A stretch of DNA of 63,699 nucleotides, counting the filler, from Octopus bimaculoides (Eukaryota), in NCBI RefSeq assembly GCF_001194135.2. It is 4 parts of 4 records of this genome, joined end to end, with 100 filler letters (N's around TTAATTAATTAA, not from the genome) between each part and the next. Parts side by side here need not be neighbours in the genome. Positions count along the whole stretch, not along the records: positions 1 to 26,524 come from NC_068983.1; positions 26,625 to 51,705 come from NC_068982.1; 2 more parts are not named here. The stretch is one strand, 5' to 3'. The notes below the pieces were generated by a model that was given only the letters and a program-made list of their open reading frames with translations, made no database searches and was not told the origin of the DNA. Made by a program: the position numbers and the translations under genes. Positions 25,915 through 37,720 of the stretch are shown piece after piece; position 1 is the stretch's first letter, and every line of letters starts with the position of its first letter.

Positions 25915-26242
25915 ATATATATATATATATATATATACGATCACCTACATATATGCACAAACACGCACACACACACGCACACACACATACACACACACGT
26001 ACACACAGACTTTTATATATGTATATATTAAAGGGGATCCATTTTTGAACCTATCTGACAGCATATCGATTATTGATCTGCATAGGGTTAAGCCCGAAGA
26101 CTTGAGAGCCTAAATGCAATGTTTTGCTTAATCTTGTGGAGATATTACATAAATGCATCTAAGCTGTTTTGTGACAATAAAATGTCTTAACGAAACATTG
26201 TTGTAGCTATACTATATAATCTAATTTTATATAATCTGTTTT

Positions 26243-26277
<35 letters not shown>

Positions 26278-26568
26278 CAAACAATAAGCAACACGGATTT
26301 CAAAAGTGATTGCAGTACGCACGTTTCATGCTACTTCAATTTATTTAAGTAATGTGAGCATTACCTTAAATGCAATATGAAGAGCAATCTTCAGCTGCAC
26401 GAAAAAAATGCAGAAAAAAGACATATTACAAATGTGGCAAGATAGACTTATATATTCTTCCTCTCATTTGGATTTTATGTATGCTCTCTCCCACTTAGTT
26501 TTAATATGTTGCCACATTTGTAATNNNNNNNNNNNNNNNNNNNNNNNNNNNNNNNNNNNNNNNNNNNN

Positions 26569-26580
26569 TTAATTAATTAA
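26569..26580. other. Assembly linker TTAATTAATTAA inside a 100-bp gap (44N+12+44N)
   Basis: Identical construct at 51750-51761 and 62299-62310. The 12-mer has stops in all six frames. Confidence 0.9.
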
Positions 26581-26624
26581 NNNNNNNNNNNNNNNNNNNN
26601 NNNNNNNNNNNNNNNNNNNNNNNN

Positions 26625-26925
26625 CTAGCTCCTGTGAAAAGGGATTACCCTGCTATGTATAATCAGGGCAGCGCAAAAAGTTGTTTTGCACAAGCATTTC
26701 TATAGCCAATTAGACGGATGGAATTTACGTACGCTTAATAATGTTATGCAAAACAGCCTTCAGACTTTCCCTATTAATTTCATCATCTTTTGAATGATGA
26801 ACATATTTACATCATAAGGGTTTTTTCGTTGTAAGGCTTTCTATTTTAGTTGATTTTCACCTAGCAAGACTTATCGTAGATGGCGTAATAAGTCACACCC
26901 GGACAAGGTCGGGTTATACTGCTAG
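26625..26925 (+). mobile_element. Helitron 3' terminus
   Basis: Subterminal hairpin ACCCGG-ACAAGG-TCGGGT (26897-26914) followed 7 nt later by CTAG|T (26922-26926). Confidence 0.7.
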
Positions 26926-27724
26926 TATATAATAAACGTGAAGTTGTGTGTCTGCATGAAGCCCTTTTAAAAGTTTATAGAAATCCACATTATCCACTTT
27001 TTCGTAAACATTTTTACATCAATGGAATTTTGTCGATATGAACTTTCCAGTGCAGTAATTAGATTTTTTAAATACAGTTTACTTTGTGTGATTTAAGGGA
27101 GATTTGGCTGTTGTTTCTAGCAACTTTTATATTTCTTCCCTTCTACCTGTAACGGCGTTCTTATACACATATATCACGTGTTCTCTATTCATTTCTCCCC
27201 CTCTTCCTCTCTCGCTCTCTCAAACGCATACATGTGCAAGTGCACACAATCATTCACAAAAATATAACTCATGTTTCTCAATGCCTTTATCTCTTTCTAT
27301 ACAAATACTGTAATTTGTATGGAGTATCAAAATTAAAACGATTTACAGCTGTATTTGCAAATTCCTATCGTCTTTTTATTCTTGTATTTGGAGAATGTCT
27401 GTCTTCTACGTTTCAGCTTTCTTTGTTAGGAGCAAAAGTTCCTAAAAACTTAATATATAGTATATACAATTTGGATACAAATAGAAAAGACAGTACCCAA
27501 AGTTCATTTAAAATGGAGTTGCTATTCAAGTAACCTGATTGGTGCTAGTAAAGACAACACAGTGGTCAAACGTTTTATGGTTTGTGCAAGCATCCTTTGT
27601 TCGTGATAGAGAGACTTGAAGAAAGCCAATTTGTCCTATAAAGTTATATTTTTCCACTCAACAGACTAACACCACTTAAATGTTAATCTGTATAAAAAAG
27701 TTGAAGAAAAAGCATTTTACTCAC

Positions 27725-27906
27725 AATAGAATTATTACTTGTTAATTGTTTAAGATAATTTATCAATTTGTTAATGGACACTTTGCCACTACAGTCTTCA
27801 TCACAGTTTGTGAAAACTTTGTCAATCATCAGTTCTTCCCAGAAGTCTAAAGGATTATCTGAAACACTCAATGACATGGTTCCAAAAGTATCTGTAGTAA
27901 ATGTAT
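27725..27906 (-). CDS. Coding exon of an EF-hand protein resembling the KASH5/LRMP(IRAG2) N-terminal EF-hand; other exons not identified
   Basis: Acceptor ttttcttgttttttttctttttccAG|ATACA (AG at 27908-27907) and donor ATT|GTGAGT (27724). Frame open throughout. ATG at 27877 in ACCATGT context gives MSLSVSDNPLDFWEELMIDKVFTNCDEDCSGKVSINKLINYLKQLTSNNSI, similar to the recalled KASH5 EEQILNSTFEACDPQRTGTVAVAQVLAYL. Family assignment is from memory. Confidence 0.7.
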
Positions 27907-28074
27907 CTGGAAAAAGAAAAAAAACAAGAAAAGGGTTGTTGGAAATATTTCAAAAGTACAGTATTTCATAAGGGTGTTTGGGCTGAATTTGACAGTTTAC
28001 ATAAAAGAAAAGGTAAATACAATATCCCTTTTAAAATCAAGAGTATTTAAAGAAAAAACAACTATATTATCTGG

Positions 28075-28520
28075 TTGGGAGATAATAGTTTACTCAAACT
28101 AGTCGCCCTCTGCTTCTATCACAGTCTCAAGAAAGCTCTGAAACCTTGCATATGTATTCCTCACAGGGTCCTGGGGAGATCTTCAAACACCTGCTTGATC
28201 CTAGCCACCAGCTCAGCCTTGGTGTTGCAGGCAGAGCGGTTAGTGTCTTTCTCAACCATGCACCACACATAGTAACCTGTGAAGTTACAATCAAGGAATT
28301 TAGGAGACCAGAAATTGAGGCTGATGAAGTCATAGAAATTCTCCGCCAGCCACTTCCAACTCTTTCCAGAGGTCTAGCAAGAAACCAAATTCTGATACCA
28401 CACATATGGCCTTCTAGCAGCAACATTCTCCAGCCTGGGATCGACCAATCTCCAACAGCTTCACAGACATCTGAACTGAACCCAAGGCACTGTTCAAAGG
28501 TGTGGGGTTGAATTTCAGAA
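28075..28520 (-). mobile_element. Tc1/mariner transposase C-terminal remnant
   Basis: Minus frames WLENVAARRPYVWYQD...WLAENFYDF...WSPKFLDCN..YYVWCMVEKDTNRSACNTKAELVARIKQVFEDLP...ETVIEAEGD (cf. QQDxAPxH, WPPNSPDxNPLDYYVW). Confidence 0.8.
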
Positions 28521-30449
28521 TGTGGATGCAGTCAGAACACCTGCTGTGTCCCTTCCAGATGGCCACAACTTTGTAGTTTGTATATTTGCAAGTACTTCAC
28601 CCACTCACATTGCCTCCAAAAATATAGCAGTAAATGCCAAAAGTTTGCCACTGACCTAACACAGTTTCCAGAAATAGTAGAAAATGTCAAAAGCCAACTA
28701 CTGATCACAAAGATGTTATGAGGTGTCAATTTCTTTACTGGATGTCAATATTATTCACCTATGGTAAGAGAGAACAATAACTTAAGGTTATTGTTAATAA
28801 TAATAACTTAGGTCTGTATAAATGCTACACTGACCAAATTCCACTCTTTCTTTTCTTCTTTTTTGTAGGCAGTTGATTTGTTTTGGCTCTGACAAAGCTA
28901 TCATTATGATAATACTAGAATAGTTACCTATATATGTATATTGGAATGAATATATATAGATTTCTATATTTTAGCTATCAATGTATCTCCATGTTGGCAT
29001 ACTGGGTGTTTCACCATCTCTATCTCTCTATCTACCTTGCTCCCATAAGCATACACGACTGCTATTGATGAATTTGTATGCATGTTTCTTTTATTCCAAG
29101 CTTTAAGATAGCCTTGTCTGTTATTCAAAACTTTGAGATGCTTATAGAATAGTTACCTATATATGTGTATTGGCATGAATATATATAAACAGATTTCTAT
29201 ATTTCAGCTATGTTCTGTCCCAACTGTCCCTGCTCCTGTCTGAATTTCCTCCCAACTGCCCCCGATCCACCACCAGACCAATCAAGCACCCATTCAATCA
29301 ACCCATGTTACTAGACTCAACACCCCCATCCCCTACATAAGGAGACAGCAATAGTAGTAGGTAAACCAACAGGCTGAAATTTGCCAGCCGTCATTTGCTC
29401 AAGAAAATAACAAAGACAATATCAGAACTGACAGCTTCAAAAATAGCAATGATGATGTCAGCAATACAGCCATCATAACTATAGAAGGCAGTCATGACAG
29501 GAACAAAACAGGACCAGTGGCCACTACAGGAAAGCAGCAATATCTGTGATGACAGCAGTAGTGACACTGAACTTACCAAAGATTAGAAAATAACTTAAAC
29601 AATAAAAATAATAACAACTAAGGCAGCAACAACTCAGTAACAACACATATTGCAACAGAGCTACCACCACCAACAGCGGGAAATTTAGACAGTGTCATGT
29701 GACAACTTGCTGGGGAAGCCTGCTGGAGCCTAGCAGCAGGTATAAAAAAGGGGAATTTGACAAGACAGTCAGTCGGACGCTGACACTCGTTGATGCTGCA
29801 TCGCAGAGGCCAGGGAATAGAAGAAAGAAGACATGCACCCAACACCAGAGCTGAAGACACCTCCGATGATGTCTTGAGCTAACTGGATCCTATAAAGGAG
29901 CTGTTGTGGTAGCAGACCATGAAACATGGTTGAAATTCCTAGAAATGATGATGGTGCTAACAATAATGACAATGAGAATAGAGGGAGGCAAGACGTAGTA
30001 TGAGCACAAACTGCAAATAAAGGCAGGGTCAGAGACCTGCAAAATCCAGTGAGATCAATACAGAAATGAACTTGGCTTTGAACACTGAATGAAGTGCAAA
30101 CAACCATGAATGTAAGATGTGCTGTAGGACTTTTGCTACCAGCAACAACTCAGTAACAACATATATTGCAACAGAGCTACCACCACCACCAACAACAAAT
30201 AATAGAAATGATGATGGTGCTAACAACAATGGCAATGATAATAATAGGTAAACATGATGATAGGAATAGTAGTAGAAATAGTGAAGATGATAATAATAAA
30301 GAAGTAAATAATAAGCAATAATAATTAACATGTGACAGCGCAATCACTACATTATCAGTAACTAAATTGGCAATCCCATTTAGCTTGCTTGGTGAGATGG
30401 GTGAAATAATGGACACCATGTTGGATGAAAAACCAAACCCAGCAAAGGG

Positions 30450-33400
30450 CAGAGGAACTCAAGAGAGTCAATGACCATCCAAAACGTGTAGGCAGAATTC
30501 ATGAGCCTTGGTCAGCAGTCTGTCTAGGAGGAGGAACACTCTGATTTTAAAATTAGGCTAGATAGGATTCCTTAGCCACATTAGTGACAACCTATCATTG
30601 GTCAACAGCTTCAACTCTGGGATGAAGGCAGATGAACCACGAATTGGGAGCTAGCTCCCAAGTAATGGTCAGATGAGGAGACAGGACCAACTAACATCAC
30701 CAATCACCAAGTGAGAATCATGAACATTGTCCCCAACACTCAAAAATGCAAACAGGAACAGTTCCAACCTATGGGTAGTAAGAATTCCAGTCTTGATTGA
30801 CATTCCTACTAGAGATCAATAAAAATACCAGTTGGTAGCTAACCTTAAAACACAGACCTCAATATAGAGTGAAGATATATCAGGGAAAGACTTGTAAACA
30901 GAGAGCAGTGTAGGTCACCTGATCATAAAACATTAGCAAATCATCCCCGAACACAAAACACAGGAAATCAATAAATACTACAGCAAAAGTCCCTTCCCAA
31001 CAAGAAACTGCAGGTTATGAGACTGATGCATCAGATAGTGCTCGCAAGAAACTGAGGGTTTTGTGGCCTGCTGCAACTGAAAAAGTAAGATATAAAGAGT
31101 TTGAGAATAAGGTATGTAAAGCTCTATATAAAATGACAGGATCTAAAGTGGAGAAACTGGGGAAATTAGCAAACTCAATATACAATAGAGGAATGGACTT
31201 ATTTGGAGTAAAATAATATGGGACCCAGTTAGCAAAAGGAAAGAGTGGAGCAAGCAAGAGGCACAGGAAAATGAGATGGTTAAGGATGGAAAATAATAGC
31301 CTAATAAAGCACCAGGAGGTGCTGGCATCTCATATAAAGTGTATAAGTATTGCAATTGTCTACGAAAGAAGTTCTTTGTCCTGCTCCAACAGCTTTGATG
31401 TGAAGAGACTTTGGAGGATTGGTGCAAAGCAGAAGGTATATACCTGCCAAGGGAAGTCAATGCAGAGGTCAATATCCTTATTGAATGTGGATAGCAGGAA
31501 TAATGGATATATTGTTGAATCTGTTCAAAAGGCCAGAATTCCTGGATGTGCTGAGCATTGTTTTTCAATTTAAAAAGCATTTCAGAATGCCAAACAGAAC
31601 AAGACAAGTTTGAATATGGTATGGCTTGATTTAGCTAATGCATATGGCTCAGTGCCACACAAATTGCTGAGTAGAGCCATGGAACACTTCCACATTCTGA
31701 AGAAAGTAACACAATTAATGAAGATATATTATTGAAGTTTCAAGATGAGTTTTACAGCTAGTAACTTTACAACAGATTGGCAGTACTTTGAGACTGGTAT
31801 TGCTGCTGGCAGCATAATATCCGTCACATGGTTTATCCTAGTCATGAAAATGATTTTGAAAGCAAGACATTTTGGAACAAATGGCCTATATATAATCAAC
31901 TAAGAAGGCCTTCATCAATAAAATAACACTTTTATTGATAAACAAGCAAATCATGCAGAGTGCTCTCTCAAAACTAGAGGAGCTGATAAAGTGGTTAAGG
32001 ATGAGATTCAAATCAAAAAAATTACATAGTCTGACATTTATTAGGGGAGTGCAAAAAGAAGTAAAATTTAAAATAGCAGGAGAAAGCATTCCAACAATCA
32101 AGGAAGGACATGGACATGCTGAAACATTGTTAGATAGGAGTCATGGGATGCAACAAGCCGAGGATGGACTAACAGAAATTGATGGCTCAAAGTTACCAGG
32201 GAAGTATAAAATATGGTGTTTACAGTACAGCTTATATCTGCATCTTTCGTGGCTACTTTTAATATACAAGGTGGCCCTGTTACAAGTTCAAATCATTGAG
32301 CAAAAGTGCAATGGGTTCATTAGAAGTTATTAGGCCTACCTCAGCTCTTTATCATAAAAGAGGCTCATTGCAGTTACCACTGACAACAATAGTCAAAATT
32401 TATAAAGTAAGGAAGTAATGGTGATGATGCAGAGAGAATCAAAGCACATAGAAATCAGGCATAATCCACCAGATATAAAACCAGCCAGAAAGTGGAAAGC
32501 AGAAGCAAAGACTGATGACTTCCTGTCTCCATTTACACACTGAGATATGGTGGGTGCAAAGCAGATTCATCAGAAGGGACTTGGATTTGATGCAGATTGA
32601 TTCAGACCATTTCCAAGTACGATGCAGAGCAAATGCAGATTTGTTATTAGCAACAGCGTCAAAGCAAGGGAAACAGAGAGATTCAATACTCTCAACAAGG
32701 ATGATAAGATGGGAGGAACACATAGTTGAGAAAAAAAAAAAGTTGTAATGAAATATAGAAGTGGACTACATCACATCTAAGTTTTCTGATTCATTCAGTC
32801 TATAATGTCTTACCATCACCTACAAACCTACTAAGATGAAACATATCAGGGAATGTTAAATGCAGATGCGGAAAAGTCGGAACACTTAAACATATTTTTT
32901 CCAGCTGTTCGCTGGCATAGAATAAAAATACATGGAGACATAATCTGATCTTTAAGGTCCTTTTCAATGCTATAAAGAATCAAATTGCTCTTATTAACAG
33001 TAGCAAAAAAAAACACTGAAGAAACCAACTAGAGATTTCATTACCTTTATGCGGTCGGGATAGCAGATCCATTTGAAAACGAAGAAACTTTCTTTGAGTA
33101 ATGAAAAGTGGAACAGCTATTGGAAGGTGGCTGCAGATTTACCAGGGTACCAATCGGATATTATCATATGGTATGAAAGAAAGAAAGAAATAAGTTTGAG
33201 TTAATAGTTCCCTATGAAGATAACATGAACACTCCTCAGGCTCCAAAAATCAACTGTTGTAAAAATCTCAAGGAATGTGAAGATGCAGGCTGGTAAGTAA
33301 AACATTTTCTAATCGAAGTTGGATGTAGATGATTCATTGGACACAGTGGGCGGTGACTATTGTTGCCACAAGACCTAACTCACCATAAAGCAAATACCAT

Positions 33401-33490
33401 CATGAGTAATATCCAGACTGTAGTGGAGAAGGTAAGCCATTGGATTTGGTTAAAAAGAGACAATGAGCAGACAAGCAATAACTAGAGGAA
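30450..33490 (+). mobile_element. HERO-type (R2/NeSL-related, RLE) non-LTR retrotransposon, decayed but nearly complete ORF
   Basis: KLRVLWPAA..., VQKARIPGCAEH, LNMVWLDLANAYGSVPHKLL, WQYFETGIAAGSIISV, LPGKYKIWCLQYSLYLHLSWLLLIYKV, WKAEAK, RLE end FELIVPYEDN...GW*VKHFLIEVGCR, and terminal EKVSHWIWLKRD. Many stops and frameshifts. Confidence 0.8.
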
Positions 33491-33499
33491 TATTCTTTG

Positions 33500-33706
33500 C
33501 TACTCTAGGCACAAGGCCCAAAATTTTAGGGGAAGGGGCCAGTCGATTAGATTGACCCTAGTACACAACTGGTACTTAATTTATCAACCCCAAAAGGATG
33601 AAAGGCAAAGTCGACCTCGGCAGAATTTGAACTCAGAACGTGAAGACAGATGAAATACCGCTAAGCATTTCACCCGGTGTGCTAATGTTTCTGCTAGCTC
33701 GCCACC
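33500..33706 (-). mobile_element. SINE family A
   Basis: GGATGAAAGGCAAAGTCGACCTCGGCAGAATTTGAACTCAGAACG...GCTAGCTCGCCACC. Confidence 0.9.
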
Positions 33707-34184
33707 TCGAAGAATAGAGGAATATTGAGTGAAACCTAATAACCAGTTGATCAAGCAAGTGGGGCCTCATTTCAGTGAGTGGGGCTGGTGTGCAATGATG
33801 CTGTTGAGAGGAAGGCCTCAACACAGCACACATTCTCTCCTGATGACCCCATAAACTTGCTGGCATCTGGTATGTAAAGCTTTTAACTGGTAGCACTTGA
33901 ATTTGCAAGTTGTTTGCAAAAAGAAATCATCATCACCACCACCACTTAGAAGAGGAAAAATGTATTCGCATGGATGACAGTACAAGTTACACTTAGATTC
34001 TGCCAAGAAAGAAGCATCAAATTTAGAGAATGCATGGGAGAAGGAATCTTCCTAATGTAGACCCAACAGAAGGACCAGCTACCCAAGTTGACAGTAGCAT
34101 GATCTAGTCACCTATATTGTTAATGTGGTTTTCCAGCAAGGGGGTCATTAGCCAATGACTGGTGTAACAGTATTATAGTTATAG

Positions 34185-34728
34185 TCAACTGCTAGGAAAG
34201 TAAAGGTGATGCCTTAGAAGTAATTACAGAGGTATCAAATTGCTGGACCAAGCCATGAAAGTTACAGAACTAATAAGGAAGAGAGTTAAGCTAGATGAGA
34301 TGCAGTTTGATTTTGGACCCAGAAGAAGCACCACTGATGCTACCTACCTTCCTTGTAATGCAAGTGTAGGAGAGGTATTTAGAGAAATATATACCTCTGT
34401 ACTTGGCATTTGTACTTGGACAAAGCCTTTGACAGGGTCCCTCCTTCCCTCATCTGGTGATCCACCAGAGGCTAAGGGTTGGTGAGAACTGTCCAAACCA
34501 TGTCAGCAATGTGAAAGTTGGCAATGAGTATAGCAGGTAGGAGTTCACCAAGGATCAGTTGTCAGCTTCCTCTTATTTATTATAGTCCTCCAGGCCATAA
34601 CAAAAGAATTGAAGACAAGTTGTCTTATTCTTATAGCACAACCTCTACTTGAATCAAAGAATAAATTTCTGGTGTAGAAGCAATGACTGGAATCAGAGGA
34701 CCTAAAAGTTAACTTAGTAAAGACCATA
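34185..34728 (+). mobile_element. RTE-clade LINE RT, upstream part
   Basis: NYRGIKLLDQAMKVTE-LIRKRVKLDEMQF.FGPRRSTTDA...FDRVP...VHQGSVVSFLLFIIVLQAITKELKT...LESEDLKVNLVKT. Confidence 0.85.
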
Positions 34729-36899
34729 GGGATGTTTTCTGTCACAGTTTTCAACTTCTTAAATTTTTACCCTGCACTCATAAGCAAAAGCAGGGTATTG
34801 TAGTCACTCGTCTTTGTTTGTCAGTGTGTTTGCATAATTACTGGAGAACAGCAGAACAAATTTTCACCAAATTTGGCAGAAATACTCATTGGATGAGTGG
34901 CTCAAAATGATGAAAATTTGGTTTATCTTCAAAACTAGCAGATGGGTGAATCAAAATGTTTTGATTGTGGAGATTTTTTAGAAAAACAATTCATGTACAT
35001 GCAGGATATGTATTGTTTTGGCATGTTCTCAGCACAAGAATCTATTACTAGCACATAAAAACATGTATTATGTCTATTAAATATTATTTATCTCTCACCA
35101 GATTGAGTAATTTTTTGTTGATCTTACCATCATGGAACAGTACACAATATATATATATATTTCGATTCAACCCATGTCTGTATGTGTATAGATTACTGTG
35201 TACTTATGCACAGACACATGTGAGTACATACATACATACATAAATAAATAAATAAATAAATACATTCACAGGTGTGTATGTGTGTGTGTGTGCGTGCGCG
35301 CGCAGTGATGGATTCAAGGGTTTCATTTATTTGAGTTGATTTCTTAATTTCACCGGAGCATAAATACCTATAATGGTGATACTTGAAAAAAAAATTTTTT
35401 ATTTATAAAAAACAAAATTGAGCTTACACATTTCCCAATAGGCAAATAGTCATATTATTTTCTATACTACAATGAACTATTGTAAGTTCAATTCGCCTGC
35501 CATCACTAAAAGGCATTGAAAACACTTCTCAAATTCTATGCAATATTTTCTATGAGTATTTCATTTTGTTCACTTTCTTTTTCATAATCATGATTATTTG
35601 AATAATCATTTATTTTAGTCATATGTAAATTTTACTCATATGCATTTGGCATAGACATCGATCAAGTCTACTTTTCGCTGCCATCTACTTAAGCTTCTAA
35701 TCCTCTTTTAGTCAAACACTTGCAAAGCTTAATTCAGTTAAATTAAAAAGCATAGGTAAACAATGCATTGTAAACTACACTATAATTTGCAAAAAAAATT
35801 TATCTGCACACAGGGTATGCATTGCCCCCTCTAGTGCATTTTTTTTAATGTTCCAATTGTTTCCAAATTTGATGTACTGATGTAGTTTTGCATGCTAATT
35901 ATGGTATTAAAACAAGTCAAGCTATCATCTGCTTGAAATTACCATAACCACATGTATTTTATTTGCCTATTTTCTTTGATCTTTGACAAGTGCCTATTTT
36001 CTGAACATTTGCAATACCTCATTTTTGTCATTTTCACCTGTTGTTTTGAGAAATGGATAGTCTTGGTTGCTGTCTTGTCACTACCTCATTTTCATGATTT
36101 TGAACTGTGTTTCCCTGAACCTTTTCAACCTAAATAGAAATATGACTGCTGCCAACTCGTTTAGCCTCTCAAGTATAATGGAGAAATTGAAAACCAAGGT
36201 GCGTGCAGTTTTTTACTTGCAAAAGAAGAGTCTTATCCCTAAAAGGAGCGGGAAGTTTTTTACTTGCAAAAGAAGTGTTATCCCTAAAAGAAAAAAATTA
36301 TGTACAAAGCGACACTATATGGAAAAGATGCTTCGCAGGGAAATTTACTGGCAGTGTTCCATAAAGGATGCAATGAGAGTGTGTCAATCAGTAAAGATAC
36401 ATAGTTGGAAGGTGATACCCTTTCTCTTAGGATTGAACTGCTTTTCCTTTACTCATGAATCAAGGAATTGACTGCAGTAACGTTTTGTGTGTTGAAGACC
36501 TGGGGATGAGCCAATGCACAGCTGTTGATTATAACTGAAATATGTGTGGAGAACTTGCTCCATAAACTAGCTCAGGTAGGTGGTCTTGGGAAGATTGTTG
36601 AGATAGAGGAAACAGTCTTCTCAAGACAAACACAACTGAGGAAAGGTACTTGCAGCCTGAGCAAGTGTGTCACAAGACCAGACATGTTTTTCTTTATGTA
36701 ATGCCATGTTGGAATCACAACACACTAAATAAATACATACATCAGTCAGCTCTTTCAGGAGCCACAATTTTAACTGAAACTGATGATTATAATTTCCAAA
36801 CCATGATTCAGCATGAAAAATTACATCAACATACCAAATTTGAAAACTTTCACTTACTTTAAAAATTTCAAAAATTGTAACAGTAACAGAAAAGATCCA
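34729..36899 (+). mobile_element. Merlin/IS1016-like (ISXO2 DDE) DNA transposon with imperfect ~40-bp TIRs
   Basis: Left GGGATGTTTTCTGTCACAGTTTTCAACTTCTTAAATTTTT matches the reverse complement of right AAAAATTTCAAAAATTGTAACAGTAACAGAAAAGATCCA. Transposase remnant at 36130-36860: SISKDT*LEG, VGGLGKIVEIEETVFSR, GATILTE. Confidence 0.7.
34765..35835 (+). mobile_element. Helentron/DINE-type non-autonomous element nested in the Merlin element
   Basis: 5' TTTTTACCCTGC...GCAGGGTATTG inverted pair, GTCT/GTTT-like tract, TTTTCACCAAATTTGG core, and 3' CAGGGTATGCATTGCCCCCTCTAGT end. Confidence 0.5.
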
Positions 36900-37720
36900 A
36901 CCAACATACTAGTAAGCAGAAAAGCAAATTACTTATCCTTTCAAGGAAATGGCTTGCTCAATATATAGAAAAAATATAAGTATAAATTCCATACTGTGCA
37001 CTCAGTTCAAACTATGAACACATAAGAGGAGTAGTGGTTTCACAGGAAGGTTAACAGAGAATGTAGACTTTGTGTTTGGCAGATGAGCAGGTACAATAAA
37101 CACTAAAAATGTACAGGAAATAGACTTCTTCAAATGTCCAGAGGCCTATCTAGAGATAGTAGATAGCTTGTAACCTAGTAACCAAATCAGCAGTGGTGGA
37201 GATTGCTCTAAAGTGTACTAGCTAGAATAAGAACTGGCTGGGAAAAGTTCAGAGAGCTATTACTTTTGTAAATGAAAGGCAGATTGTACGTTACTTGTGT
37301 ACAGACAGCTATGCTACATGGCTATATGAAACAGGTTGTGACTGCAGAAGACATGTGAAAACTTAAGAGAAATTAAGTCAACATGCTCTGCTGGATGTGC
37401 AATGTCAGTGTGCATATACAACAAAGATTAAATGTTTTGAGAGAAAAATTGGGTATGAGAGGTATCAGATGTAGTGTGCAAGAGAGAAGACTGCACTAGT
37501 ATGGTCATGAGATGATATGAATGAGGACAGCTGCATAAAGAAGTGCCAATCTCTAAATGTCTAATGAACCTATGAAAGAGGAAGATAAGGAAGATGTGGG
37601 ATGAAATGTGAGAAATGATCTTCAGATGAAAAGCCACACTGAGTATTTCACAAAGGACCAAGACATCTGGTGATTTACTGTACTCGAGAAGAGATAACCA
37701 GCTAAGTAAAATTCAGGCCA
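36900..37720 (+). mobile_element. RTE-clade LINE, downstream part (continues 34185-34728)
   Basis: ILVSRKA...EIVDSL...ISSGGDCS...ARIRTGWEKFREL...MLCWMCNVSVH...VQERRLH*YGHEM...EDSCIKKCQSLN. Confidence 0.8.
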
